Below, in pieces: positions 10,123-19,839 of a stretch of DNA of 64,000 bases; position 1 is the stretch's first letter, and every line of letters begins with the position of its first letter. The position numbers were made by a program, and so were the translations under genes. Origin of the DNA: Halobacteroidaceae bacterium (lineage in GTDB: Bacteria; Bacillota; Halanaerobiia; B1SED10-174). The notes under the pieces are model-generated. The model was not told where the DNA came from. It made no database searches and saw only the letters and a program-made list of their open reading frames with translations. The stretch spans positions 179,932 to 243,931 of the forward strand of contig PUNE01000013.1 of assembly GCA_003551665.1 (NCBI GenBank), written 5' to 3'.

Positions 10123-11253
10123 TTAACCAAAGTGTGATAATATAACTCCGGCCGCTACGGCTGACCCGATAACGCCGGCAACATTTGGTCCCATGGCATG
10201 CATCAAAAGGTGATTGTCCCCATCCGCCTCAAGACCCATTCTTTGGCTGACCCGGGCGGCCATGGGAACTGCCGATACTCCAGCAGAACCGATCAGGGGA
10301 TTGATTTTACCTCCAGTCAGCTGGTACATTATCTTACCTAAAAGAACTCCTGCAAAAGTACCAACAGAAAAGGCAAAAAGACCGAGCAGAATAATCTGGA
10401 TGGTTTCCCAGATGAGAAAGTTTTCCGCAGTAGCTGTGGCCCCAACTGTTAAACCCAAAAAAATTGTTACTATGTTAACCAGGGAATCCCGGGCAGTTTG
10501 CAAAAGGCGATCCACAACTCCTGATTCCTTAAGTAAATTCCCGAACATTAAAGAACCGATCAGTGGAATTGATGCTGGAATAAGCAGACCTGTTAAAATT
10601 GTTACAGCAATCGGGAAAATAATCTTTTCCTTTTTGGAAACTTCTCTCAGCTGAGCCATCCTGACCTTTCGCTCGGTGTTATTGGTTAAAAGCCTGATAA
10701 TTGGGGGCTGGATTACCGGAACCAGAGCCATATAGGAGTAAGCAGCAACGGCAATTGGGCCCAGTAATTCCGGGGCCAGGTTTGCCGCGGTAAAAATGGC
10801 TGTTGGCCCGTCGGCCCCTCCTATGGTCCCAATGGCTCCTGCCTGAAAAGGCTCAAACCCTAAAGCCAGAGCACCCAGGATGGTGGTGAAAATTCCAAAC
10901 TGGGCTGCTGCCCCCAATAACATTGTCTTGGGATTGGCTAAAAGAGGGGCAAAATCAGTCCAGGCACCAACTCCAATAAAAATCAGAGGTGGATATATTC
11001 CCAGGCTTGTCCCCTGATAGAGGTAATATAGCAGTCCCCCAACCTCTTCTCCCTGAGGGGGAGCCATAAGCCCTCCCAGGGGAAGATTAACCATAATAAT
11101 TCCAAAACTTATGGGAATGAGTAACAGGGGTTCATATTTTTTGTTTATGGCAAGAAATAAAAGTACTCCGGCCACAACCAGCATTATCAGTTGTTGCCAG
11201 GTCAGATTGGCAAAGCCTGTGCTCTGCAAAAAATTATCCAATGCAAGTTCCAT
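10123..11253 (-). CDS. mmdB: Na+-translocating decarboxylase beta subunit (OadB/MmdB/GcdB family membrane pump)
   Basis: 376-aa polytopic protein. Typical OAD_beta sequence features are present: [46 protein letters not shown]. Confidence 0.85.
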   Translation of the reverse strand: MELALDNFLQSTGFANLTWQQLIMLVVAGVLLFLAINKKYEPLLLIPISFGIIMVNLPLGGLMAPPQGEEVGGLLYYLYQGTSLGIYPPLIFIGVGAWTDFAPLLANPKTMLLGAAAQFGIFTTILGALALGFEPFQAGAIGTIGGADGPTAIFTAANLAPELLGPIAVAAYSYMALVPVIQPPIIRLLTNNTERKVRMAQLREVSKKEKIIFPIAVTILTGLLIPASIPLIGSLMFGNLLKESGVVDRLLQTARDSLVNIVTIFLGLTVGATATAENFLIWETIQIILLGLFAFSVGTFAGVLLGKIMYQLTGGKINPLIGSAGVSAVPMAARVSQRMGLEADGDNHLLMHAMGPNVAGVIGSAVAAGVILSHFG

Positions 11254-11264
11254 TAATTTTCCCC

Positions 11265-11672
11265 CTACTCCAAAATTGCAAGAATATCTCCTGGATTAAC
11301 GGAAGCCCCTTCATTTACCTTAATTTCCTTAACTTTTCCATCCGCATTAGCTGTAATTTCATTTTCCATTTTCATGGCTTCAAGGATCATCAGGACCTGC
11401 CCTCTGGAGATTTCGTCGCCGGGCTTAACCCTGACTTTTAAGACCTTGCCCGACATTGGTGCTTTTACCTCACCGGGAGAACCGCTTGTTGGAGCGGGTT
11501 TTTCTTTTTTGGTTGCCCGGGAGGGAGTGGGGGCAGGGCTGGTTACCGGCTTATTTGGGCCTGGGGAAGGTTTATCCCCGGATTCTTTAATTTCTTCAAC
11601 CTCGACCTCGTATTCCTCACCGTTGACTCTGATCCGGTATTTTTTCATGCTGTGTCCTAACTTCCTTTCCAT
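11265..11672 (-). CDS. Biotin carboxyl carrier subunit of the decarboxylase (biotinyl domain with Pro/Ala linker)
   Basis: C-terminal biotinyl domain with an EAMKMENEI biotinyl-lysine motif. The linker is Pro/Ala/Thr-rich. Confidence 0.85.
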   Translation of the reverse strand: MERKLGHSMKKYRIRVNGEEYEVEVEEIKESGDKPSPGPNKPVTSPAPTPSRATKKEKPAPTSGSPGEVKAPMSGKVLKVRVKPGDEISRGQVLMILEAMKMENEITANADGKVKEIKVNEGASVNPGDILAILE

Positions 11673-11995
11673 TCTGGTTTATTATTAATCAATTCCTGGC
11701 GGCCCCGGCGGGCCCATTCCTCACCCTGGTGTCTTATGCGCACAATCCTGAATTTCCCATCTCCCCTGAAAGCATGGATTGCTGCCGCTATTGCCGCAAC
11801 AGGGGGGTCCTCCTTTGCCACTTCCTTGCCTTCCTGTTTTTCTTCACCTTGTGGTTCGACCCCGTGGGTAATGGGAGTTTTAGGTCCAAATAACTTATAA
11901 AGGACGGTCACAATAATTCCGAGACCAATTAAGGCCACAAAAACAGTTCCCGTTCCAAGGATTATTATTTCCCAACCGGCAGTTAAATCAGGCAT
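11657..11995 (-). CDS. Small membrane-anchor subunit of a Na+-pumping decarboxylase (OadG/MmdD-like gamma/delta chain)
   Basis: 112 aa with a single N-terminal TM (WEIIILGTGTVFVALIGLGIIVTVLY) followed by a charged tail. Located between the carboxyltransferase and BCCP genes. Confidence 0.6.
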   Translation of the reverse strand: MPDLTAGWEIIILGTGTVFVALIGLGIIVTVLYKLFGPKTPITHGVEPQGEEKQEGKEVAKEDPPVAAIAAAIHAFRGDGKFRIVRIRHQGEEWARRGRQELINNKPEWKGS

Positions 11996-12007
11996 CTTTT
12001 CCCCTCC

Positions 12008-13561
12008 TTAAACCGGGAAATTTCCGTGTTTTCTGGGAGGCCTGGAAACTTTCTTGCAGGCAAGCAGGTCCAGGGAATAAATTAAACGAGCTCTGGTTTC
12101 CTGGTATTCAATTATGTCGTGGACCATTCCCCTGCGGGAAGCAACAAGGGGATTGGCAAACAGATCCCTGTACTCTTTAATTTTTTCCTGCCTGACCTCC
12201 TCGGGGTTCTCGGCTTCTTTAATTTCTTTTCGGTAAATTATGTTCGCAGCTCCTTCCGGCCCCATTACAGCTATCTCGGCATTGGGCCAGGCCCAGACAA
12301 AATCAGCCCCCAGGGCCTGACTACACATAGCCAGAAAAGCTCCCCCGTAGGCTTTGCGGGCAATCAAAGTTACCTTGGGAACAGTAGCTTCTGAATAAGC
12401 ATAAAGAAGTTTGGCTCCGTGGCGAATTACTCCACCATATTCCTGTTCTGTTCCCGGCAGGTAACCCGGGACATCAACCAGGTTTACGAGAGGAATATTA
12501 AAGGCATCACAAAAGCGGATAAAGCGAGAAGCCTTGTCCGAAGAATCAATATCCAAAACTCCACCCTTGTCCTTAGGTTGATTGGCAACAATACCTACAG
12601 ATCTACCTCCCAGACGGGCAAAGCCAACAATTATGTTCTGTGCAAAATGGGGATGAACCTCGAAAAAATACCCTCCGTCAACAATCAGCCGAATAACTTC
12701 CTTCATATCGTATAATCTTTTGGGATCCTCAGGAATTAAATCTTCAATTCCTTCAGGACCCGGAGCGGGTGGTTCCTCTTCCTCGACAGAGGGAGGGTTT
12801 TCCATATTATTTGGCGGTAGGTAACTCATCAGTTCTCGTATTGCCTGGATGCAGGTTTCCTCGTCGGAGTGTGAAAAATGAGCAACCCCGCTGAGTTGAT
12901 TGTGAGTTGCAGCCCCGCCCAGTTCTTCGGGAGTAACTTCCTGCCCGGTAACAGCTTTTACTACCTGAGGCCCGGTGATAAACATCTGGCTTAATCCTTC
13001 GACCATAAAGGTAAAATCCATTAAAGCAGGAGAATAAACTGCCCCTCCTGCACAGGGACCAAGGATTGCGGCAATCTGGGGTACAACCCCGGAAGCCATG
13101 GTGTTACGGAAAAAGATATCTCCATAACCATCAAGGGCATCTACACCTTCCTGAATTCTGGCTCCCCCCGAATCATTCAAACCAATAATGGGAGCACCGT
13201 TTTCCAGGGCAAGGTCCATAATTTTGACTATTTTCTTGGCATGAGCTTCTCCAAGAGTTCCGCCCATGGCAGTAAAGTCCTGGGCAAAAACAAAAACCAG
13301 TCGACCATCTATTGTCCCCGACCCCGTTACTACTCCTTCTCCTGGAACCTCTCTCCCTTCCATTCCCAGGTCAGTTGCCCGGTGGGAGGTAAAAAGGTTA
13401 ATTTCCATAAAAGAATTCGGATCAAGTAATTTTTCCAGACGTTCGCGGGCAGTTAGTTTTCCTTTTTCATGCTGTGATTTAATTTTATCTTTTCCCCCGC
13501 CCAGCCTTGCTCTTTCTTTTAGAGATTGCAGAGTTTCTCCTTTTTTTGCTTTCATTGTCAC
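12008..13561 (-). CDS. mmdA: Methylmalonyl-CoA decarboxylase alpha subunit / carboxyltransferase (propionyl-CoA carboxylase beta-chain family)
   Basis: 517 aa; carboxyl_trans domain (TARERLEKLLDPNSF, GGARIQEG, GPCAGGAVYSPALMDF). Confidence 0.88.
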   Translation of the reverse strand: MTMKAKKGETLQSLKERARLGGGKDKIKSQHEKGKLTARERLEKLLDPNSFMEINLFTSHRATDLGMEGREVPGEGVVTGSGTIDGRLVFVFAQDFTAMGGTLGEAHAKKIVKIMDLALENGAPIIGLNDSGGARIQEGVDALDGYGDIFFRNTMASGVVPQIAAILGPCAGGAVYSPALMDFTFMVEGLSQMFITGPQVVKAVTGQEVTPEELGGAATHNQLSGVAHFSHSDEETCIQAIRELMSYLPPNNMENPPSVEEEEPPAPGPEGIEDLIPEDPKRLYDMKEVIRLIVDGGYFFEVHPHFAQNIIVGFARLGGRSVGIVANQPKDKGGVLDIDSSDKASRFIRFCDAFNIPLVNLVDVPGYLPGTEQEYGGVIRHGAKLLYAYSEATVPKVTLIARKAYGGAFLAMCSQALGADFVWAWPNAEIAVMGPEGAANIIYRKEIKEAENPEEVRQEKIKEYRDLFANPLVASRRGMVHDIIEYQETRARLIYSLDLLACKKVSRPPRKHGNFPV

Positions 13562-13567
13562 TCTCCT

Positions 13568-13969
13568 CTACTTGTGCTGGCATAATTCTAAAAGAACGCC
13601 CTGAGTTTCCTTGGGGTGAACAAAGGCAATCAAAGCTCCTCCGGCCCCCGGAACCGGTTCCTCGTTGATAAGACGGACCCCTTCCTTCTTGAGTTTCTCC
13701 AGTTCCGCAGCCACATCATCAACTGCAACCGCAAGGTGATGGATGCCACTGCCTTTTTTATCCATGAACTTTTGAATGGGGCTTTCCGGATCAGTGGGTT
13801 CTAAAAGCTCAATTTTGCTTTCTCCCAGAGGAAGCATGGCAACCCGAACTTTTTGGGAAGGAACTTCCTCAATATTTTTTACCTCCAGCCCCAGGAGTTC
13901 ATAGACCTGGGCGGCTTCCTGGATATTTTTTACCGCGATCCCAATGTGGTCGATATGCATTTCAATCAC
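13568..13969 (-). CDS. mce: Methylmalonyl-CoA epimerase (glyoxalase/VOC family)
   Basis: 133 aa; MHIDHIGIAVKNI...GIHHLAVAVDD...HPK, VOC fold typical of MCE. Confidence 0.85.
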   Translation of the reverse strand: MIEMHIDHIGIAVKNIQEAAQVYELLGLEVKNIEEVPSQKVRVAMLPLGESKIELLEPTDPESPIQKFMDKKGSGIHHLAVAVDDVAAELEKLKKEGVRLINEEPVPGAGGALIAFVHPKETQGVLLELCQHK

Positions 13970-14912
13970 TCCCAGTTATCATTTTTTCTGCCCAGTAGGC
14001 AGGTGATCTTTCCCGCCGGCCAATCGATTTAACGGCCTGTTCCCATTCTGAGGTTCCAAGCAGGGGACCCAGGAAGAGATCCTGGAAACGAGCCTGTAGA
14101 TGCATCTTCAGGGCCATTTCATTCCTCATTTTTTCTTTTTCTTCTCGCTGGTTTGACTTTTTCAGGAAATCCTGGTGTCTGTGCATTTCTCCCAGGAGTT
14201 TATCCAGGTTCTGCCCTGTACTGGCAATCAATTTGAGCACGGGAGGGGCCCAGTCATCTGGAGAATTTTTGGAAGAAAGCATGCTTTGGAGCAGTCCGGT
14301 AAGGGTCTCTGCCCCTTGTAAATCCGCTTTGTTCACTACAAAAATATTCCCAATTTCCAACAAACCAGCCTTTATGGTCTGGACATCATCTCCCGTTCCC
14401 GGCATCATGATAACCGTAACTGTATCTGCAAGAGCAACAATGTCGGTTTCAGATTGGCCTACTCCGACGGTTTCTACCAGAATTCTGTCTACACCAAATG
14501 CCTGGTACAAAGAAACGGCGTCCATAATGGCCGGACTAAGACCTCCCAGAGCACCCCTGGAGGCCATACTGCGGATAAATATTCCTTCTTTTCCTGCAAG
14601 GTCCATCATTCGAACCCGATCACCAAGAATAGCCCCACCTGAAAAGGGACTGGTTGGGTCAACTGCAATAACGCCGATTCTTTCCCCGCTTTTGGCCAGG
14701 CTATCCACAAGGTAATTTGTTATTGTGCTTTTCCCCACCCCCGGGGCACCCGTTAGCCCCCAAATAGGGCAGTTTTTAACCTCGGAATAAATTTCATCAA
14801 GAAGTTCCCTGTACCCGTCATTTCGGTTTTCTACCATGGTTAAACCTTTGGCCAGGGCTTTTTCTTTGCCCTGGATTATTCCCCGGGCAAGGTGAGAAGC
14901 CTGCTTACTCAT
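13962..14912 (-). CDS. meaB: Methylmalonyl-CoA mutase-associated GTPase MeaB/ArgK
   Basis: P-loop GAPGVGKST, DxxG and NKAD motifs; 316 aa. Confidence 0.88.
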   Translation of the reverse strand: MSKQASHLARGIIQGKEKALAKGLTMVENRNDGYRELLDEIYSEVKNCPIWGLTGAPGVGKSTITNYLVDSLAKSGERIGVIAVDPTSPFSGGAILGDRVRMMDLAGKEGIFIRSMASRGALGGLSPAIMDAVSLYQAFGVDRILVETVGVGQSETDIVALADTVTVIMMPGTGDDVQTIKAGLLEIGNIFVVNKADLQGAETLTGLLQSMLSSKNSPDDWAPPVLKLIASTGQNLDKLLGEMHRHQDFLKKSNQREEKEKMRNEMALKMHLQARFQDLFLGPLLGTSEWEQAVKSIGRRERSPAYWAEKMITGSD

Positions 14913-15303
14913 TTACTTTATCCTTGATATACTCAACAATATCTTCAGTTGAAGTTCCCGGGGAGAAAATCCGGTCAAAACCGGCTTTCTCCAGCTGTTT
15001 ACGGTCCTTTTCAGGTATTATTCCTCCCCCGATTAAAAGGACATCTTCATAACCTTTTTCCTGAAGTAGATTTGCAACCTTCTGGAAAAGGTTATTATGG
15101 GCGCCGGATAGACTGCTCAATCCAACAACCTGGACATCTTCCTGAATCGCCGCCGAAACGATCTGGTCAGGGGTCCGCCGGAGACCCGTATATATAACTT
15201 CCATTCCCGCATCCCGCAGAGCCTGGGCAAGCACTTTGGCCCCGCGGTCGTGACCGTCAAGCCCGGGTTTGGCTATTAATACCCTTATCTTATTCTGGGC
15301 CAT
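14905..15303 (-). CDS. Methylmalonyl-CoA mutase B12-binding subunit (standalone cobalamin-binding domain)
   Basis: 132 aa; [10 protein letters not shown]12-binding DxHxxG motif and GGIIP. Confidence 0.88.
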   Translation of the reverse strand: MAQNKIRVLIAKPGLDGHDRGAKVLAQALRDAGMEVIYTGLRRTPDQIVSAAIQEDVQVVGLSSLSGAHNNLFQKVANLLQEKGYEDVLLIGGGIIPEKDRKQLEKAGFDRIFSPGTSTEDIVEYIKDKVNE

Positions 15304-15320
15304 GTTTCCGCCTCCTTACT

Positions 15321-16988
15321 TTAAAATGTGGGAGCCTGGTACTCACCATAAATAGAGCGAAGGACATCGCATATTTCTCCCAGGGTTGCATATGCCTTGA
15401 CGGCTTCAATTATAGCCGGCATCAGGTTTTCTTCTTCCTGGGCTGTTTTTTTCAACTGTTCCAGGGCTTCTTTTACCTCTTTTTCATCCCGGTTTTTCCT
15501 TGCCTTTTCCAGCTTTTTAATCTGCTCTTTTTCCATTTCCGGATCCACTTCCAGAAGGTCGTCTGGAGCTGCTTCCTCGTGGGCAAACCTGTTAACACCA
15601 ACTACCACATCTTCTTCTCTTTCAATTCTCTTCTGCATCTCATAGGCGCTCTTTTGGATTTCTCTTTGAACATAACCTTTTTCAATGGCCTTTACCATAC
15701 CGCCCATTTCTTCTATTTTTTCCAGGTACTCTTCAACCCTCTTTTCAATATCATCAGTCAGGCTTTCAACATAATAGGACCCTCCCAAAGGATCCACAGT
15801 TGAGGTAGCCCCACTTTCGTGGGCAATAATTTGCTGGGTTCGGAGGGCAATCCGTACCGATTCTTCACTTGGAAGAGCCCAGGCTTCATCGTAAGAATTG
15901 GTATGGAGGGATTGGGTGCCTCCAAGAACTGCAGCAAGAGCCTGGATTGTAACCCGTACGATGTTGTTTTTGGCCTGCTGAGCAGTTAGTGAAGCTCCAG
16001 CAGTCTGTGTATGGAAGCGAAGCATTTTACTCTTGGGATTTTCAGCACCGAATTTTTCTTCCATTATTCTGGCCCACAAACGGCGGGCGGCCCTGAATTT
16101 TGCCACCTCTTCCAGCAGGTTCATCTGGGCATTAAAAAAGAAAGAAAGACGTGGGGCAAATTCATCTACCTTCAATCCAGCTTCCAGGGCAGCTTTTACA
16201 TAAGCAATACCATCTGCAAGAGTAAAAGCAAGCTCCTGAACGGCATTTGCTCCTGCTTCTCGAATATGATAACCGGAAATACTGATGGTATTCCAGTTGG
16301 GCAGTTCTTTAGAACAATAAGCAAAGATATCTGTAATCAGGCGAAGAGATGGGCCCGGTGGAAAAATATAGGTTCCTCGGGCAAAGTACTCTTTTAAAAT
16401 ATCGTTCTGAATTGTCCCTTTCAGCTTTTCCGGAGCAACCCCCTGCTTTTCGGCTAAAGCAATATACATGGCCAAAAGAACTGCTGCAGGAGAATTAATG
16501 GTCATAGAAGTGCTGACCTTATCCAGGGGTATCTGATCAAAAAGAACTTCCATATCGGCAAGGGAGTCAATGGGGACGCCAACTTTTCCCACCTCTCCAT
16601 CAGCAAGGGGGTGGTCTGAGTCCATCCCTATCTGGGTTGGCAGGTCGAAGGCAACAGAAAGCCCTGTCTGCCCCTGCTCCAACAGGTAGCGGTACCGCCT
16701 GTTGGATTCCTCGGCACTGGCAAAACCCGCATACTGTCGCATTGTCCAGGGACGCCCTCTGTACATGGTAGGATACACCCCCCGGACAAAGGGATACTGG
16801 CCTGGAAAGCCGGACTTATCCAGGTACTCCTCATCAGGGGCATCCAGAGGTGTATAAATTTCTTTAACTGGTTCTCTGTAGGAGGTATAGGCTTCACTCC
16901 AGCCCCGCTGCTGGAATTTGGAAAAAGGACCTTCCCGCCATTTCTTCAGGTTTTCCTGAATCTTTTCCTGCCGGTCTTTGTCCTTCAT
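15321..16988 (-). CDS. Methylmalonyl-CoA mutase large (catalytic TIM-barrel) subunit
   Basis: 555 aa; the MM_CoA_mutase domain spans most of the protein and includes [15 protein letters not shown]. Confidence 0.9.
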   Translation of the reverse strand: MKDKDRQEKIQENLKKWREGPFSKFQQRGWSEAYTSYREPVKEIYTPLDAPDEEYLDKSGFPGQYPFVRGVYPTMYRGRPWTMRQYAGFASAEESNRRYRYLLEQGQTGLSVAFDLPTQIGMDSDHPLADGEVGKVGVPIDSLADMEVLFDQIPLDKVSTSMTINSPAAVLLAMYIALAEKQGVAPEKLKGTIQNDILKEYFARGTYIFPPGPSLRLITDIFAYCSKELPNWNTISISGYHIREAGANAVQELAFTLADGIAYVKAALEAGLKVDEFAPRLSFFFNAQMNLLEEVAKFRAARRLWARIMEEKFGAENPKSKMLRFHTQTAGASLTAQQAKNNIVRVTIQALAAVLGGTQSLHTNSYDEAWALPSEESVRIALRTQQIIAHESGATSTVDPLGGSYYVESLTDDIEKRVEEYLEKIEEMGGMVKAIEKGYVQREIQKSAYEMQKRIEREEDVVVGVNRFAHEEAAPDDLLEVDPEMEKEQIKKLEKARKNRDEKEVKEALEQLKKTAQEEENLMPAIIEAVKAYATLGEICDVLRSIYGEYQAPTF

Positions 16989-17560
16989 TCTTCTTCTTCC
17001 TCCTCCTTGGTTTTGATTTTATATTGATTTAGGTTGCTCGCCAGTTCTTCCCCGAGAGCAAGGGCTTTTTCATTTAGTTCCTCTGTCCCCTTTGGCACCC
17101 TGGCCAGAACAACTTCCTTGAGTTTCTCTGACTCCACCACTTCATGGAGTTTATTAAACAGGGCCAGGGAAACAACGTTAACAACCATTCTGGTCCCCAG
17201 TTTTTCCTGGGTTAGCTTCTGGATGGGAACAACATATGTTGGACCGCCCCGCATGGCGATATCCACCCGTTCATCCACAACCATAATCCCGTATTCTTTT
17301 AAATCCCGGTTATATTTATTGTATGCTTCCTGGGTCAGGGCCAACAGGAAGTCCGGTTTGTTTACCTGTGGATAATCAATCTCTTCGTCAGAGATAATAA
17401 CTTCCGCTTTACTGGCCCCTCCCCGGGCTTCTGGCCCATAAGACTGGGTTTGAATAACCTCTTTATCTGTAAATTTGACAACGGCTTCGGCTAAAATAAT
17501 TCCTGCCAGGATCAAACCCTGGCCTCCCGCACCGCTAAGCCTGATTTCATACCGGGCCAT
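16985..17560 (-). CDS. 2-oxoacid:ferredoxin oxidoreductase gamma subunit
   Basis: 191 aa; GAGGQG and SYGPEARGG motifs of the POR/KOR gamma family; acidic C-terminal tail. Confidence 0.85.
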   Translation of the reverse strand: MARYEIRLSGAGGQGLILAGIILAEAVVKFTDKEVIQTQSYGPEARGGASKAEVIISDEEIDYPQVNKPDFLLALTQEAYNKYNRDLKEYGIMVVDERVDIAMRGGPTYVVPIQKLTQEKLGTRMVVNVVSLALFNKLHEVVESEKLKEVVLARVPKGTEELNEKALALGEELASNLNQYKIKTKEEEEEE

Positions 17561-18375
17561 TATTTCTTACCTCCCTGCACACTGCTTATTAATTGGTCAT
17601 ACTTACTGGTGTACTCTTCCTCGTCCTTCTCGGCAAAAATCCCCGTTACAATTTTCCCCTTCAACTCTTCAGGATCCATGTCCTGAGCTTTCTTAATATC
17701 GACGGCGTTTTTCTTTTGCCATTCAAGCATTTCCAGTGGGGACCTCAGCTTGTTCCGCCGCCCATAATAGGTCGGGCACTGGCTTATTGCTTCGACATAG
17801 GAAAATCCTTCTCTGGCAAATGCCTTTTCCATGTAATTATCCAGTTTGGGAAGGTGATATACTGTCCCCCTGGCAACAAAATTGGCTCCCGCAGAACGGG
17901 TGAGTTCACAGAGATCAAAAGGAGGCTCAATATTTCCATATGGAGAAGTCGTGGCCATAGAACCCTGGGGAGTCATGGGGGAATACTGTCCGCTGGTCAT
18001 ACCATATATCTGGTTGTTAAATAGAACAACATTAATACCGATGTTCCGACGGCAGGCGTGAATAAGGTGATTTCCACCAATTGCAGCCCCGTCTCCATCT
18101 CCTGTTATGACAATAACCTTCAATTCGGGGTTGGCGAGCTTGATCCCGGTTGCAAAGGCAATGGGTCTCCCATGAACAGTATGCAGGGTATTAAAGTTCA
18201 TATACCCGGGTGCTCGCGACGAACAGCCTATCCCGGAAACAACCACTACTTTAGTAGGATCCCACCCTGCCTTGTCAATACCCTTTACAATGCTCATCAT
18301 CACCGAACCATGCCCACACCCGGGGCACCAGATATGGGGTAGCTTTTCAATTCTAAAATATTTTTCCAGTTCCAT
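17560..18375 (-). CDS. 2-oxoacid:ferredoxin oxidoreductase beta subunit (TPP-binding)
   Basis: WCPGCGHGSV and GDGDGAAIGGNHL TPP-binding motifs. Confidence 0.88.
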   Translation of the reverse strand: MELEKYFRIEKLPHIWCPGCGHGSVMMSIVKGIDKAGWDPTKVVVVSGIGCSSRAPGYMNFNTLHTVHGRPIAFATGIKLANPELKVIVITGDGDGAAIGGNHLIHACRRNIGINVVLFNNQIYGMTSGQYSPMTPQGSMATTSPYGNIEPPFDLCELTRSAGANFVARGTVYHLPKLDNYMEKAFAREGFSYVEAISQCPTYYGRRNKLRSPLEMLEWQKKNAVDIKKAQDMDPEELKGKIVTGIFAEKDEEEYTSKYDQLISSVQGGKK

Positions 18376-19512
18376 TTAATTAACCCCCTCCAGTTTCGCC
18401 AGAATCTGTTCTGGAGTAATCAGGACACCATCGGCGCGTTGAGCTCCTCGCACAGGGATCCTCTTGTCCATTACTCTTTCTACTTCACCAATTAACTGGC
18501 CCCTGTTCATTTCAGCAACTACAATGTTATTTTTATCATGGCCAACCTGGGTAACTATTTCTTCGGGAAAAGGCCAGATGGTTTTCAGAATCAAAAGCCC
18601 AACTAAAAGCCCCTTTTCACGGGCAATTCTCCAGGCTGCTTTGGCAGAGCGGGCTGATGCCCCGTAACTGATTATCAACTGATTAGCCTGGCGAAGTCCA
18701 TAGGTTTCGTAAAGAAAAAGGGTTTCTTTGTATTTATCAATCTTTTGGTGCAGGCGCTCTAAAAGCCTGTGAGTAACCTCGGGCCTGTTGGAGGGGAAAC
18801 CCGTTTCATCATGATAAAGCCCGGTTGTGTGGAATCTGAACCCACTTCCATAAGGAGGAAGGGGGGGAATCAGGTCCTCATCCAGTATATCATAGGGCTG
18901 GAAAGATTCGGGTGAGCCCTGGGGCTGCTTTCTGTTGGCTATCACCATTTCATCCTTCCGGGGAAGGATAACCCTTTCCCTGAGGTGGCCAATTGTTTCA
19001 TCCAGCAAAAGAATAACCGGGGTTCTGAAACGTTCTGCCCAGTTAACTGCCTGGAAACTCAGCAAATAGGCATCGGCGACTGAGCTCGGGCAGAGGACCA
19101 GTGCCGGGTGGTCCCCATGAGTCCCCCATCGAGCCTGCATAACATCACCCTGTGCAGGAGATGTGGGAAGACCCGTACTGGGACCTGCTCTCTGCACATT
19201 CATTACAACGCAGGGGGCCTCAATCATACCAGCGAAACCAATAATTTCCTGTTTCAAAGAAAACCCAGGGCCACTGGTAGCAGTTACAGCTTTTTCTCCG
19301 GCAAGAGAAGCACCTACTACTGCAGCCATGCTGGCAATTTCATCTTCCATCTGGATAAATTTTCCACCCACCCGGGGAAGCTTGGCGGCAAAATCTTCAG
19401 CAATCTCTGAAGAAGGGGTTATCGGATAACCCGCGTAGAAAGTGACCCCTGCATCAAGAGCACCTTCTACACAGGCTTCGTTGCCCTGCATTAACTTAAC
19501 CCTCTCACTCAT
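18376..19512 (-). CDS. 2-oxoacid:ferredoxin oxidoreductase alpha subunit
   Basis: 378 aa; N-terminal GNEACVEGALDAGVTFYAGYPITPSSEI typical of the alpha subunit. Confidence 0.88.
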   Translation of the reverse strand: MSERVKLMQGNEACVEGALDAGVTFYAGYPITPSSEIAEDFAAKLPRVGGKFIQMEDEIASMAAVVGASLAGEKAVTATSGPGFSLKQEIIGFAGMIEAPCVVMNVQRAGPSTGLPTSPAQGDVMQARWGTHGDHPALVLCPSSVADAYLLSFQAVNWAERFRTPVILLLDETIGHLRERVILPRKDEMVIANRKQPQGSPESFQPYDILDEDLIPPLPPYGSGFRFHTTGLYHDETGFPSNRPEVTHRLLERLHQKIDKYKETLFLYETYGLRQANQLIISYGASARSAKAAWRIAREKGLLVGLLILKTIWPFPEEIVTQVGHDKNNIVVAEMNRGQLIGEVERVMDKRIPVRGAQRADGVLITPEQILAKLEGVN

Positions 19513-19714
19513 TATTATCTATCACCTCAACTTTTATAGCATAATCAGGACAGCGGAGAACACACTGATTGCAGGCAATACAGTTTTCCGGGTCCATTAC
19601 TTCCATCTTTCCATCTCCTCTTAGTCCAAGGATCTTTTTGGGACAAAAAGTTGCGCAAATTTCGCAACCCTTACACCAGTTTTCATTGATGTAAACATTC
19701 CCTTTTTTTGGCAC
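19505..19714 (-). CDS. 2-oxoacid:ferredoxin oxidoreductase delta subunit (2x[4Fe-4S] ferredoxin)
   Basis: 69 aa with two CxxCxxCxxxCP motifs (CKGCEICATFCP, CIACNQCVLRCP). Confidence 0.85.
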   Translation of the reverse strand: MPKKGNVYINENWCKGCEICATFCPKKILGLRGDGKMEVMDPENCIACNQCVLRCPDYAIKVEVIDNNE

Positions 19715-19749
19715 CCTTTACACCTCTTTCGCTTCATCTTTTGCAACCA

Positions 19750-19755
19750 ATTATA
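19750..19755 (-). promoter_or_regulatory. Candidate -10 box (TATAAT) for the oxidoreductase/mmc operon promoter
   Basis: Minus strand reads ...TTTTTTTGTAAAAATTCTATAATTGG about 40 nt upstream of the delta-subunit start. The -35 is T-rich and weak. Confidence 0.35.
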
Positions 19756-19805
19756 GAATTTTTACAAAAAAAGAAGAACTCCTTCATAATTCCCCTAAAA
19801 AGTAT

Positions 19806-19839
19806 ACAAAAATAAACAATAAGAGCCCCTTGGGCTCTT
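19806..19839 (-). terminator. Rho-independent terminator downstream of coaBC
   Basis: Minus strand: AAGAGCCCAAGGGGCTCTT followed by ATTGTTTATTTTTG. Confidence 0.75.
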
